A DNA stretch of 64,000 bases, taken from the NCBI RefSeq assembly GCF_009914755.1, contig NC_060935.1; one strand, 5' to 3'. The notes under the pieces are model-generated. The model saw only the letters and a list, made by a program, of their open reading frames with translations, made no database searches and was not told the origin of the DNA. Source of the stretch: the human T2T-CHM13v2.0 reference genome, Homo sapiens. Positions 15,730-34,553 of the stretch are shown one piece after another. Position 1 is the stretch's first letter. Each line of letters begins with the position of its first letter. The position numbers and the translations under genes are program-made.

Positions 15730-16545
15730 CTGTATATCTGGCTCCTAGATCTCTCTTCAGAGCCTGGCCTTCTACTGTTCATTGCCAACTAGATATTTCT
15801 GTTAGTGATCCATAGGCATAATAAACTCAGTACGCAGAAAGATGAAATCCATGCAGTCTCACACAAAGCTACTCTGCTTGAATTTTCTCTCCTAATTAAT
15901 AGTACCACCATCGATCTAGTTTCTCAAGCTAGAAATTTGATTCTCATCTAGAGCCTGCCTTTTTCTGCATTCCTCATAGTTACTAGGTCATCCAGTTCTG
16001 TTCATTAAATCTTCAGAAAATGCCTAGAATCTTTGCTTCCTTATCACTGCCACTGCTTTAGTTCCATTCACCTTTATCTTGCCTGGACTATGGCAAAGAT
16101 CCCCAAAATGATCTTCCTGCCTTTAGTCTTTCAGTACTCTAGTCCATCCTTTACACTGCCATTGGAGGGATCTTTTTCTAACTTAAACTATGCTCATGTC
16201 ACTCTCTTTCTCTGAAAGTTTCTGAGCGGATCCTCATTAACTACAGGATCGAGTCCAGTCATTTTAGCATGGCACTTAAGAGCCTTTATAATCTGATCCT
16301 AACTTTTCTTTTCAGACCCATCTCTCCAAAAGCATCATGTGCTTCTGCCAAATGGGATTGCTTGTCTGAATATATAGCCCATGCAAGTTCTTTTGTATAT
16401 CTATGAGATATTGACAATGCTATCCTTTTGCCTAAAATGTCTTATTCACTTCTCTATTTGGTAAACCCCTACTTATCCTTCAGTGCCTATCTCAAATATA
16501 ACCTCCTTTAAAAGGTCTTTTATGAAATCTTAAGAAAGTGTTAGT
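15730..16545 (+). mobile_element. L2 remnant
   Basis: Pyrimidine-rich L2-like motifs (ACCACCATCGATCTAGTT...CAAGCTAGAAA; TACAGGATCGAGTCCAG...TTAGCATGGCAC). Confidence 0.6.
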
Positions 16546-16556
16546 CCCTTCGCTTC

Positions 16557-17018
16557 TGTGCTGGGTTGTTCTTTGCTGGCCACTTGAGATCCCCTCTCCA
16601 GCATTCTCTACTTGCCCTGCGTCCTCAGAGGTTGACCTCTTTGGATGACAGTAACAGGTTTCCTTGTCCTCTGACTTTCTGGTAGATTTGAACAGTGGGA
16701 CACGCTGAAAGAAACTCAGAGGACAGAAGAGTACAATTGTAATATTTTCCTACATCCCTCTCTTCCAGGCCTTGGATTGGCAGGGGCTGCATTACCTGAA
16801 ACAGAGTTCCTGTGAGGTAGCTCTCTCCTATAGCTTGCTTTCTGAAGTTTGGTAATAGCTCTTTCCCTTTGTTTCTTCAGGCCTAGGTGTAGGAGCAATT
16901 TTCACTGTTGATGCTTCACTGTCCTTAACTGCCTATACCTTTGTAAATAAATTCCTTATTAAACTCTCTTTAATCACTCCTTTTCAGTATGCCATCTGTT
17001 TCCTGTCCTGACTGGTCC
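16557..17018 (+). mobile_element. ERVL solo LTR (LTR33-like)
   Basis: Recalled LTR33-type motifs; polyA signal region TTTGTAAATAAATTCCTTATTAAACTCTC followed by TGCCATCTGTTTCCTG near the 3' end. Confidence 0.6.
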
Positions 17019-17481
17019 ACTTCTGTGGTACCATTTAGATCTCTTTTTAACTGTACTTAATACTTTGTATTCCAATTGTTTTAGCCTACCTGTTTGTTTC
17101 CCTCATTGAACTCCTGAAAGGCAGATCTGAATCCAGGGAAAGAATCATTGTGACTAGGTGGGAAAGAGCCTTCTCTTCCTAGGAGGGTTTTGCAAAGACC
17201 GCAGTAGGACACGCAGAGGCCAGAGCAAGAGGGGATCTCTAGAATGTGCAGATAACCTGAGGGACATGGGATTAATCTTTGAGAATCAAGTAAAGAGCTG
17301 CCTGCCTGCCTTACCCATGGAAATCAGAGGCATCAACCTCAAACCAATTTGGGCTGAAGTCTGAGATGCTTGGCCTGGCATCTGGCACCTACTGATACAA
17401 TCTTCCAAATTTCATCCAGTAAAGAGCCAAGAACTATAAACAAAAGGGCAACGACTGTAAGAACTGTGTAAGATTTCTTAA

Positions 17482-17824
<343 letters not shown>

Positions 17825-17909
17825 AGATCCCAATAAATATTAATAACACTTTTTCCTGCTTGAGTTTTCAACAAATTGAGAAATAAGATTACAATAGATA
17901 AAGGTTAAA

Positions 17910-18182
17910 ATAATAATAATAGTAATGATAGCTCAAACTTCTGGAGAAGTTATTTTGTAACAGGCACTGTTCTATGTGCTTTAGATATGTTAAATCACTT
18001 AATCCTCACATCATCCTGTGAGTAGATACTATTAGCCCTATTTTGTAGGTGGAGAAATTGAAGCCCCAGGGAGGTTAAGCAACTGACCCAAAGTCTCATG
18101 GCTATTATTAAGTAGCAAACCCAGGGTATGAACCAGTTTGGCTCCAGAGTCTATGCACCTAACCACTACATTATATTGCCTC
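17910..18182 (-). mobile_element. MIR
   Basis: Core TTAATCCTCACA...CCCTATTTTGTAGGTGGAGAAATTGAAGCCC...GGTTAAGCAACTGACCCAAAGTC. Confidence 0.8.
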
Positions 18183-18955
18183 TTGAGAAATAACACATTT
18201 AGTACAGATTAAACTGATGGTGGAGAATGTCGTTTGTATCTATGAACAAAAGGGATTCCTAATAGTGAACCCCTAGTCACAGACAGTGCTGGACTTCTCT
18301 AGGCTTCCTTACATGAAGCCAGTCTGTGAAAAACACAGGGCATGGAAGAACAGAAGTTATCTTCTTTTCAGGCTGCCTGCTGAGAGTGGGTGTGGAGGGA
18401 GAAAATAAGGGGCTTGTGTTGCATGCCCACTTTCTTTTTTCATACTAATCAATCAGATTAAGTAATTTCTCCTTCTCTGGGAAGGAAAGAGTTGAGGGGT
18501 GGACAAAGTTTAGGGAATACCACACTAGTGGAATCTTCTCCATCTGGAAGGAAACACCAAAAATTGGGAAGGGATATTTCCCCCAATGTAGCATCCCTAT
18601 ATTTATTACTGTTAATTTCTTTTTTTAGTTCTCAATATCAATGCTACATTGTACTATAATCATTTGCTTGTCTGTTTCTACTTCCCCCTTCCTTCCTCAA
18701 CCATGTGATTCTTAACAGCAGAAATCTTTTTCTATTAATCTCTGTTTCTCCAGTGACTGGCACAGGGTAAGCACTCAATAATTGCTTGTTAAATGAAAGA
18801 GTGAATAGACATTTCTCTCTAATTCTGAGAGAATACAGAAGTAAGAATTTAATACACACTAAGACTGTTAGCTCAGAAATAGGTTAGCTGCTTCAGAAAA
18901 TCAGCTACTTGGTTTGAGTTCATCTTCAGCCTCTTTATTGTCCTTTTTTTTTGAA

Positions 18956-18978
18956 ATATATATATACATATATATACG

Positions 18979-19020
<42 letters not shown>
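18956..19020. repeat. (TA)n(TG)n microsatellite
   Basis: Directly visible. Confidence 0.95.
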
Positions 19021-19022
<2 letters not shown>

Positions 19023-20461
19023 GGGTTAACAAGTGAGCTGGACAAGCTGAAAGCTTCTTACTGTTACCGCTGCTGTGACTCATGGCTTTACTGAAACTGG
19101 AATCAGGAGAGGTGTAAGGAACAACACAGCCTGGGAGCTTGGCACATACCTTGATTATTCCTTGCCTAGGAGAGAGAAGTACAGTGTGGAGGACATGGGC
19201 TTTGGTGTCAACCTGGTTTTGAAAATCTATTTTGCAACTTACTAGCTGATGACTTTGGCCAGATTATGTTTGTAGCATAGAAACTATGTTCTAGTAGTTT
19301 TTAGGCAATTTCCTTCTGTGAGGACATCATTTGCTTTTCAGAAAGATTCCCATTTGACCGCTTTTATGGAATTACTCATGCTCTAGCCTATGGCCTCCTT
19401 TTCCATTTTTGAAATATGCCTGCTTTATCTTCCAGACATCAGATTCTGCTGTCTGATAGCATGTAATTATCGAGAAATGTGATTATTCCTCTTACTTCTT
19501 TAATTTATCCTGCTTTTCTAGCTTGTGATTGTATCTCAATTAACTATTTCCTTAGTTACTGATTGACTTAATGGAATCCAGCTTCATTGACATAATTTGT
19601 GAACTTTGGCTACCACTAACATCTGTTTGAACCACAGTAGCCTGTCAAATTGCCCTGATATGTTTATTGCCTCTTCTAGAACTGCTGAAGTTTACTATCA
19701 ATGGTCACTTCAAAAATGAATCAGTTATTTTAGCCTCTCAGTAGAGTTATCCAAATGTAATACATGTTTCCTTGAACAATCAAGCCTGTATGTTTTGTAC
19801 CTGGTAACACATATTTCTGGGAATACTATATGGAATTATCCAAATCCTAAGCATCTAAAGGAATTGTCATTTATAAACCAGGACACAAAAATTAGTATTT
19901 TAAAGATGTCACCAAGGCCTGGTTTTCCAAAACTGAACTCCTACTGCATTACATTATAGACAAATGACAACTTGTTGTTAACTGGCTTCCATTTATTATT
20001 CCTTTCATGGTCCTACTATTCCAATGAGTTAAGTTCATACTGTTTTTCAAAGTTTGATTCACAAATTCAGAAACTATTCCCTGAAGGATACTAAACAGTA
20101 AGTAACAGTGACATTTGCTCACATTTGTGTATGATTTTACAGTTTATAAAGTATTTTTGCATCCATTTTCTCACTGGATTTAAGTTCTGTAACAGATGAT
20201 CTTATACAGGCATATCTTTAAGCTACTAGAATAATAATTCTTGGGTTGATATTTTTGACATGCTGGTATATTTCTGCCTCCACAGCCATTGTGCATTCAT
20301 TCATTATTCCTTCATCTAGCATGTATTGAATCTCCCTTTGTATTAAGCACTGTGCTAGAAATTCTGGAAAAAAGATGAATAAACATGGCCCTTACATTTA
20401 AGCCAGGGGGAAAGACTTAAAATTAATCAACAAAAATATGATTTAAAAATACTGTAATATA

Positions 20462-20742
20462 GGCTGGGCATGGCAGCTCACGCCTGTGATCCCAGCACTT
20501 TGGGAGGCGGAGGCAAGCAGATTGCTTGAGCTCAGGAGTTCAAGACCAGCCCGGGCAACATGGCGAAAACTTGCCTCTACAAAAATAAAAAAAATTAGCT
20601 GAGTGTGGTGGTGCACACCTGTGGTCCCAGCTACTTGGTAAACTGAAGTAGGGGAGCCAGGAGATCGACACTTCAGTGAGTTGAGATAGTGCCACTGAAC
20701 TCCAACCTGGGTGACAGAGAGAGATCCTGTCTCAAAAAAAAA
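20462..20742 (+). mobile_element. AluJ-like
   Basis: Dimeric Alu with a TSD containing CTGTAATATAG. Confidence 0.9.
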
Positions 20743-21350
20743 ATCTGTAATATAGATTTATACCACATAAAGAGCTAAAAGAATACACGAAGAGGAGAGG
20801 TTAATTCTGGCTTAAACCTAGGGTGACTCAGCTTCAAAGAAGAGGTAATTATAAAGAAAAACAAGTAAAAGCCTGAAGAAATTAAGATTAATTTAAATTC
20901 ATTTAAGTGTTTTTTATATCATATAATAGATTGTTTTCCTTGAGTGTGTGGAGACAGTATAACAGGAGCAAGAGTTGTGATGTCTAACGGGCAAAATAGG
21001 GTGTCATAATTTCAAAGAGGTTAGAAATCACTCTCTTAGTACCCTCAAAGTTTAAACACTGGATTACTCAGACCTTGTTATGTGTAATTTCTAGGTGATG
21101 AGTACTGGGAAAAATTTGTGCCAAATCAGCATAACTAAAGGGCTTTAATAGCAATCACTTACTTATCTTTATTGTAATAATCATGATAAGGTGACTATAT
21201 GGCATCAGAACCTAGATAAGTATTTCCCATTTCATAAGTTAGGGCATTTTAAGTTGTATTTTTTAAGGATATTGAGCAAACACTTTTAATTCTCGTGTAC
21301 CTAACAGTAAGGACAACAGTGATTTGCTTTCTTCTTGGTTATAAACACTC

Positions 21351-21353
21351 GTG

Positions 21354-21393
<40 letters not shown>
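21351..21393. repeat. (TG)n microsatellite, interrupted
   Basis: Directly visible. Confidence 0.9.
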
Positions 21394-21394
<1 letters not shown>

Positions 21395-22565
21395 TTAAAG
21401 GATGTTTTGAGCATTATAACATACCCCAAAGCTCTACCTGAGTTCTTTTTAAAAAGACAATTACAACAGAAGAAGAACAAACAGGATTTCCTCTATAACT
21501 AATATTGACTTAACTTTATAGGGTCCTAAGCCTGAACTCCTCTGTTTATTCATGAAACAGATCCAGGCTATTGGTCCATTTGAATTTATTTCCAAACTTC
21601 ACAGTTCAGACTGTACAGCCAGTTTAACTCTTGGCTTTTCAGGTGACTTCACTTGCAAGGGTTATAGAAAAGGCCACAGCAGTGTTGGGATGTTGCAAAA
21701 GAAACCCATGCCCTGGCCCATAGCCCAGTAGACTAGAGTCCCTCAGCAAAAGAGAGTTTCCACTGTTTATACTTGGGAATTATCCCTGGTTTAGCCTTTG
21801 TCTCAAACCATCTGGATGTTAAAAGTGCTAATAAGCAACTGACTTACTGGAGGAATAAATTCAATCTAGTGATTCTATTCTGGAAGGCTCTGTAAAGACA
21901 GAGATACTGGCAATAAAGCAGCAAAGCAATTTCCCAAGTTTTGAGGTCGTCTAGACCTAGTTGTGAGATATTGATAACAGAGTGGCCACTGGAAATTCTT
22001 CATAGTGGCTCAACTTTTTTTGTAGATGAAAGAATTCATGTTTAGATCTTGTCCAACAACCCACTTCCTAGCTTTCTTAAAAGTAGCAAGTGTGGATTCT
22101 TTCCTAGAGACCCTGAAATTATTTCACAGCTCTCATTGTGAAAATTGTTGGGAAAGTTTTATGAGACTTGGGGTTTCCTGAGAGTTATCAAGATCATTTT
22201 AAATTTGACCACAAAGCTAATGTCAGAGAATAGCAGCTTTAAGGCCTCTCAAATCACAGTATTATACAAGAAAAAATATTCTTTTTTCTTCTAATGAAGA
22301 GTAGGGGTGTGTATGTCCTGTTATTATACCTTTTCATTTTCCTGTATTAGCTGTTACATTGACCTATGTCAGAGATGAAAACTGTGAGTGTACTTTTAAT
22401 TAATTTTTATATGGAAATAGTCATTTAGGTAATGGAAAACACCATTTTTGTGAAATGGCTAGTGGGCATAATTGCACTCATTCATTTTATTTCAAGATCA
22501 TGTTTTGCTTTATTAGTAAAAAGCATTTGTCAAAAATTTTAACTTTGAGATTTTTCTGAAATTAT

Positions 22566-22865
22566 CTTTCTTTTCTTTTCTTTTTTTTTTTAATTTGAGA
22601 CCCCTCCGTCACCCAGCTGGAGTGCAGTAGCACCATCATAGCTCACTGCAGCCTCAACCTCTTGGGCTCAGCCTCCAGAGTAGCTGGGACTACAGGCATG
22701 CGCCACCACCCCCAGCTAATTTTCAATGTTTTGTTTTGTTTTTTTTGTAGAGATGGGGTCCCATTATGTTGCCCAGGCTGGTCTCAAACTGCTGGGCTTA
22801 AGCTGTCCTCCCACCTTGGCCTCCTAAAGAGCTGGGATTACAGGCATGAGCCACCACATTTGGCC
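22566..22865 (-). mobile_element. AluJ-like
   Basis: Antisense Alu with small internal deletions. Confidence 0.88.
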
Positions 22866-23419
22866 CTCAAAATTATCCTAAATATAGCAATGCTAGTAAT
22901 GAATTGGCACATAGTAACCACCTTTTTCTCTCCACTAGCTATGAAAGTGTCTGTTTCTATAAGTAATTCTTTCTTTCCAGCTTTACAATCAGTTTTCTTT
23001 TGAGTTTTCCTTGGAAACCTCACATTCTCAGAAAAATATTGCAGACTCTTTCACTTTAAAGGCCAACACATGTCTCTCATGTTTCATTTAAACTTATGGT
23101 CAAGGAGTTAGCTTAATGTCAATCTCTCTATCATATCTGATGGTTCTCTGCGGCCTGGAAAAATACAATTGATAAGATTTACTGAATGCTTTTTATGTGC
23201 CAGACACTATTGTAAACACTTTCCATTTAGTAACTCATTTAATCCTCATAACCCTATGAGCTAGGGTCATCAGCTAAATCAACCTGTTAGTAGGCATCTT
23301 CTTGAATGTCATACTGAATTTATTAATCCATTCATAAAATACATATAGAATACCTGCTAGGTCCTAGATGCTCTAGACAGAAAAGTATGTAAGACTGGGT
23401 ACCTATGCAGACTTTCAGG

Positions 23420-26400
23420 AGTTCGGAGTCAAGCAATTAGTAGCCCCAATTGCAGTTGCTTTGCCGGACACTGTGTGATTAATAGAACAGATTAATGAGG
23501 TCTCAGGCACATGGTATGTGGCAACTGATATGATAAATACATTCTTTTCTATTCCAATTAGAAGAGAGGATCAGAAACAGTTCACATTCCTGTGGGTTAG
23601 ATAATAATTTTCAATTACACTTTTGACTTAGAGCTATGTTAATGTTCCTGCCTTCTGTCATAATATACTCTGAAGAAATCTGGACTGCCTGAACATTCGT
23701 CTGATACATTACATTGATGACATTATGCTGATTGTTTAGAATGAGCAAGAAGGCACTAGTATGCTAAAGGCCTTGGTAAGACACAGTGTTCCAGAGGGTT
23801 GGAAATAAATCCTATGAAGATTCAGGGATTTGAAACTTCAATGAAGTGTTTTAGGAATGCAATGGTCATAAACATGACAAGATATCCCCTTCAAAGTAAA
23901 AGAAAATTGCTGCATCTTGCGTGTGCCACCACAAAGAAGGAAATGAAGTGGCTGGTAGGCCTCTTTGGGTTCTGGAGGCGGCGTATTCCAAACCTATGAA
24001 TACTGCTAGATTGAGTGACATAGAAAGTTGCCAGCTTTGAGTGAAGAGGTCCAGGCTGCACTGCAAACAGAGCTGCCACTTGGGGCATACAATCCAGCAC
24101 ATCTCATGGTGTAGGTGACAGTGGTGGGAAAACATGCAGTGTCTTACGGCAAGTATCATTGGGAGAATAACAACATAGGGCCCTGGAATTCTGGGGCAAG
24201 GCTATGCCATTTGTAGCATAGAATTATATGTCTTTTGAGAAAAAGCTCTTGGTGAATTACTGGGACTGGTAGAGGCAGAGTGCTTCACCATGGGGCACAA
24301 AGTGACCATGGGTCTAGAACTGCACATTACAAGTTTGGTTCTGCTGGATATGTTAAATCACAAGGCTGTATAGGTCCAGCAGTAGTCTACTTTAATATGG
24401 AAAATTACATCAAGGATTGAGCCTGAGAAGGACAAAGGACATGGCAAATTGCATGCGCAGGTAGCTCAGACCAGCATGTCATTCACAACAGCTGAAATAA
24501 CACCCTTCCCTAGCTTGTTCCTATGGCCATATGGGGGCCCCGTAAGACCAACTGAAGTAGAAGGAAAGCTTAAGCTTGATTTTTGGGTGGGTCTGTTCTG
24601 TATGTGAGTACAAGCTCAAAATGGACCATGGCTGCATTACAACCACATTCAAGGATAGCCTTGAAAGACAGTGGAGAGGGAAAATCTTCCCAGTGCGTGG
24701 ATCTGTAAAAAGTGCACCTAGTCATTGACTTCTTGTGGAATGAGAAGTGGCCCAGTATATATAGACTTGGGAAATAGCCAATGTCCTGGCTGTCTGGTCG
24801 GGGCCTGGAAAGAAAATAATTGAAAGATTTTAGAGAAGGAGTTCTGGGGTAGAGGTATGCAGGTAAACATGAAGAGTTTAGTGTGACATATTATGGCCCA
24901 ATAGAAAGCATCTACCATGGAAGAGATTGTGAACAGTGAAGCAGATATAATAACCAGACCAGTTTATATAAGCCAGTCTTTGTTGTTGGCTACCCTGAAA
25001 CTGACATTTTGGCATAAGAAAAAAGTGGCCATGCTGCCAGAGACAGGCTATGCATGGGCCCAGGAGCATGGACCTCCCATCACCAAAGCTGACCTAGCTT
25101 CTGCTGCTTCTGAATGTCCAACCTGTCAGCAACAGAGATCAATGCTGTTATATCACTATTTATTAATGAGACCAACTGGCCACTTGGTGGTAAGTCAACT
25201 ACAAGGGCTAGAGGGTTGTTTTCACCTATTCTGGGTACAGGCTTGTCTTTCCTGATTGTAGTACCTTAGCCAGCACCATAATCCAGGGGCTTAAAGAATG
25301 TCTGATCTATGGGTATAGAATACCACACAAAAAACATTTGAACAGGTGACCCATTTCACAGTAAAGGAGATGCAGGATTGAACTCATGACCATGGGAGCT
25401 CTAGCTATATCTTCTACAACAAAATCATTTAGAAGTAGCCAACTTCACAGAACACTGGAACAGCTATCTAAAGGCACAGCTGAAACGTCAGCTCAGAAGC
25501 AACACTCTCAAAGGAGGCAGTGCCATCCTTTGCAGAGAGAAGCTCAGGATTATTCTTCTTCCTTTAGCTGGTCGTATGGGAACCCTTTCCTCTAGCCCCA
25601 TTTTAGCCAAAGGTACCAACTGGGAAAGGGATGCTGTTGCAACTGTGGTAGATGACATGGGGATCTGAGCTAACTCAGAGACCTCTATATGGTACCATGT
25701 CATCAGCAGGAGGAACACAATGGCCATCGATGGGTGTAATCAGGACTAGCCCTATCTACCATCACTCCCAATAACTCTCAATGGGGGATTTTGGGCTCCC
25801 CATATGTGCAACTCTGGGCTCTGCAGGGCTGGAGGTCCCGAGAGGGAGTGCACTCTTGCCAGGGGACAGTGAGTGTCTCATTGAACTATATGTTATAGAT
25901 ACTGCCAGGGCAGTTTGGACACCTCATGTCCAGAGACCTGCAGGCAAGAATAGGGTCACATCTTGGCAGGGGTAATCAACCCTGATCATTGGGAGAAGGT
26001 AGTGCTGCTTATAGACAATAAGGATAGGAATATGTATGCAACTCCTATGTCATCTACTTGGAAGCCTGCTGGTACTCCTTTGGCCCACTGTAGCTGTGAA
26101 AGGACATGTACAACGACCCTGACTTGAAAAGGGTATGACTGCCAAGAGCTCAGACCCATCAGGAATGAAGGTTTGGGTCACACCACAAGGTAAGCTACCA
26201 TTACTTGCCAAGGTGATAGCTGAGGGTTGAGAGGACTTGGAATGGATAATAGAGGTGGGAGAAGTTAAGTACCTTGTTGCAGTCTCAAGCCCAACTGCAG
26301 CAATGGGGCTCCAGTTCATCTCACTAACTTCCTTCTAAGTTTTCCCTCAGGAAGAAAAGCCCATAGGAAACATGGAGGATGTGTTCCCTAAATTTGCATA

Positions 26401-26433
26401 GAGAAGCAGATCTGTCCAGAGAAAGAGGTGGAC
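23420..26433 (+). mobile_element. Decayed class III endogenous retrovirus internal region (ERVL; HERV16/ERV3-16A3-like): pol RT, integrase and probable dUTPase remnants
   Basis: Translates to VAPIAVALPDTV*LIEQINEVSGTWYVATDMINTFFSIPI...QKQFTF (~23440-23595), RT motif LIHYIDDIMLI (23701-23733), WLVGLFGFWRRRIPNL, and integrase Zn-finger GYAWAQEHGPPITKADLASAASECPTCQQQR (~25045-25140). A purine-rich PPT precedes the LTR at 26434. Many stops and frameshifts. Confidence 0.88.
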
Positions 26434-27186
<753 letters not shown>

Positions 27187-28150
27187 GTGCCACCAGGGAA
27201 TAAGACCTTAGCTAACGATAAAATGGTAGGGTATGAAGAAGACAGACTTAGAATCTACCTCCTGTACTGGATCTACAGAAATGTAGTATACAATGTTGAC
27301 TGTGTTCTATGAACTGTTTTCTGCAAATGCCAATTCAAAAAACGTTATTTTTGCTAACTTAAAGAGGAAGTGCTGGAAAATAAAATGAAAGTAAAGGAAT
27401 CACTTCCTCTATCTCTAACTGTTCTTTCACTTTTTTTTTTTCCCTATTTACAGTTTTTATTATTACTTAAGTGATAATCTTTTGTACAGTCTGGCAGTCT
27501 ACAAATTTATAACACTTGGCATTTGAGCAAAACACTACTAGAAAATCACTCAAGTGTGCCCTGAAGGAGCAAAAGCATAATCTTAATTCATATAAATGAG
27601 ACCATTTTGTTACTGCCTAGTCAATTGTTTGAAAAGAGAACTGAACATTAGGAATCTTGTACCTATTCTTATCTTATCTATGCTATTACCGTTTTGGCAC
27701 ATCTCTTAAATTCTTGAAACCGTATCTTATGTAACTAGAAAATCAAGTAAAGGTATTTACTCTCTAGAGCTAAAGAAAGACATATCCTTAGATGGGTCTC
27801 TTATATATTAATCATACTTCATGATGTGTGTGCATGCACATCATGAAGTGTGTGATGTCTGATGTAGAAAAAATCAGCATAAGATTTGGAGTAAAGAGAC
27901 CTGAACTCAGCTCTACAACTTGTAAGAAACCTGGGCAAGTCCTATTGCCTTATTGAGTTTTGGTTACCCTGTAGGCTGTTGCAAAGTTCAAGTGTAACAG
28001 AGCACGTGAAAAGGCTTTGTAAATTATAAAATGCCATATAAATGTGAATTTTTATGATAGCGATGATAATTAGGGATCTTTTTTAGGACAGCTCCTGATA
28101 TATGACAGATGTAAATAGCTTAGGATAAGCAGGAAGTTAATTTAACTCAC

Positions 28151-28533
28151 TGTATTACTCTACTAGGGCTTCCATAACAAAACACCATAGATTGGGTAGC
28201 TTAAACAACAGAACTTTATTTGATCACAGTTCTGGAGGCTAGAAAGTCTAGAAGTTCAAGATCAAGGTGCTGGCACGGTTGGTTTCTTCTGAGGCTTCTC
28301 TCCTTAGCTTTCAGATAGCCCCCTTCTTGCTGTGTCTTCATAAGTTTTTTTTCTCCATCCCTGGTGTCTCTTCCTCTTCTTATAAGGACATAAGTCATAT
28401 TGGATTAGTGCCCCACCATTAGGACTTCATTTAACCTTAATTACCTCTTTAAAGGCTCCATTTCCTAATACAGACACACTGGGGTTAGGGTTTCAAAATT
28501 CAAATTTTGAATGAACACAGTTTCATCCATAAC
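28151..28533 (-). mobile_element. MaLR solo LTR (MLT1A/B-like)
   Basis: TGTATTAC...CTAGGGCTTCCATAACAAAACACCATAGATTGGGTAGCTTAAACAACAGAA...CACAGTTTCATCCATAACA. Confidence 0.85.
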
Positions 28534-28599
28534 ACTCATCATTAAGTATGTTCAAATCCATTCCAGGGTCTATTCGAAACTATGCTGGTCTACCTCAGG

Positions 28600-28785
28600 A
28601 TAATGTGGTTCCTAGACCTCCTGCCTCAGGGTTACTTGAGGTGCTTGGTAGAAATGCAGATTCCTCAGTCCCATCTCGGGTTTAATGAATCAGAATCTCT
28701 GGGGTTAGCATTCAGCAACTGCATTTTTATCATCTGGGTAAAAGTTATCTGGATGGTTCTTGTGTACCAAAGTTTAACAATTACT
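28600..28785. mobile_element. MER5-like hAT DNA transposon remnant
   Basis: GAAATGCAGATTCCTCAGTCCC...TGAATCAGAATCTCTGGGG core. Confidence 0.7.
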
Positions 28786-28799
28786 GTTATAACGGAAAG

Positions 28800-29030
28800 C
28801 ACATAGAGCTTTGGAGTTCCATGGCCTGGGTTCAAATCCTGGCTCCACCAACTACTAGATGTGTAATCTTTGACAAATTACTTAATCTTTCTGCCCTACA
28901 AATTACTTAATCTCAATTGTCCCATGTGTTGTAAAAATGAGGATTATTATTTCTACTGGCAGATTGTTGTGAGGATGAGAATAAGAGGCTTAGAGGACCT
29001 CACATGCTGTAGTTGCTTCATAATATTTTT
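28800..29030 (+). mobile_element. MIR
   Basis: CCTGGGTTCAAATCCTGGCTCCACCAACTACTAG...TTACTTAATCT. Confidence 0.75.
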
Positions 29031-29679
29031 ATTGTTATCATTCTCATACTTTATATTCTGATAAAACAATGATTTCATGAACACTTTCATTTTTATGCCT
29101 TTTTTCTTCCTTGCAATGCCATCCTCTCTTATATCTAAATCCTACCCATCCTTTAAGACAGATTTTAAATCTCATCTACTTTATGTCACCCATCCTGATC
29201 CTCATTGCAATTTGGCTATCTTTTAGGACAGGGATCCTCAACCCCCACACTGGTACTGGTCCATGGCCTGTTAGGAACCAGGCTGCACAACAGGAGGTGA
29301 GTGGCAGATGAGTGAGCCTTACCGCTTGAGCTCCACCTCCTGTCAGATCAGCAGAGGCATTAGATTCTCATAGGAACATGAATCCTTTTGTGAACTGCGC
29401 ATGCAAGGGATCTAGGTTGCATGCTCCATCTAATGCCTGATGATCTGAGATGGAATAGTTTTTCTTTTTTTTTTATTATACTTTAAGTTTTAGGGTACAC
29501 GTGCACATTGTGCAGGTTAGTTACATATGTATACATGTGCCATGCTGGTGCGCTGCACCCACTAACTTGTCATCTAGCATTAGGTATATCTCCCAATGCT
29601 ATCGCTCCCCCCTCCCCCCACCCCACAACAGTCCCCAGAGTGTGATATTCCCCTTCCTGTGTCCATGTGATCTCATTGT

Positions 29680-33518
<3,839 letters not shown>

Positions 33519-33566
33519 TTAATTTGCTCGTTAGTTGATGCAGTTTCTTCCTAGTCTCGATGGTCT

Positions 33567-34553
33567 TTACATTTTGGCATGATTTTGCAGTGGCTGGTAC
33601 CGGTTGTTCCTTTCCATGTTTAGTGCTTCCTTCAGGAGCTCTTGTAAGGCAGGCCTGGTGGTGACAAAATCTCTCAGCATTTGCTTGTCTGTAAAGTATT
33701 TTATTTCTCCTTCACTTATGAAGCTTAGTTTGGCTGGATATGAAATTCTGGGTTGAAAATTCTTTTCTTTAAGAATGTTGAATATTGGCCCCCACTCTCT
33801 TCTGGCTTGTAGGGTTTCTGCCGAGAGATCCGCTGTTAGTCTGATGGGCTTCCCTTTGAGGGTAACCCGACCTTTCTCTTTGGCTGCCCTTAACATTTTT
33901 TCCTTCATTTCAGCTTTGGTGAATCTGACAATTATGTGTCTTGGAGTTGCTCTTCTCGAGGAGTATCTTTGTGGCGTTCTCTGTATTTCCTGAATCTGAA
34001 CGTTGGCCTGCCTTGCTAGATTGGGGAAGTTCTCCTGGATAATATCCTGCAGAGTGTTTTCCAACTTGGTTCCATTCTCCCCATCACTTTCAGGTACACC
34101 AATCAGACGTAGATTTGGTCTTTTCATATTTCTTTTAATTCTTTTTTCTCTAGACTTCCCTTCTCACTTCATTTCATTCATTTCATCTTCCATCGCTGAT
34201 ACCCTTTCTTCCAGTTGATCGCATCGGCTCCTGAGGCTTCTGCATTCTTCACGTAGTTCTCGAGCCTTGGTTTTCAGCTCCATCAGCTCCTTTAAGCACT
34301 TCTCTGTATTGGTTATTCTAGTTATACATTCTTCTAAATTTTTTTCAAAGTTTTCAACTTCTTTGCCTTTGGTTTGAATGTCCTCCCATAGCTCAGAGTA
34401 ATTTGATCATCTGAAGCCTTCTTCTCTCAGCTCGTCAAAGTCATTCTCCATCCAGCTTTGTTCCATTGCTGGTGAGGAACTGCGTTCCTTTGGAGGAGGA
34501 GAGGCGCTCTGCTTTTTAGAGTTTCCAGTTTTTCTGTTCTGTTTTTTCCCCAT
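33567..34553 (-). pseudogene. L1 ORF1, disrupted
   Basis: ATG at 34553. CGA>TGA stops at codon 49 (34409-34407) and near 34166-34164. An in-frame 30-bp deletion lies near 34127 (987 nt vs 1017 nt). The C-terminal 186 aa are open. Confidence 0.92.
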
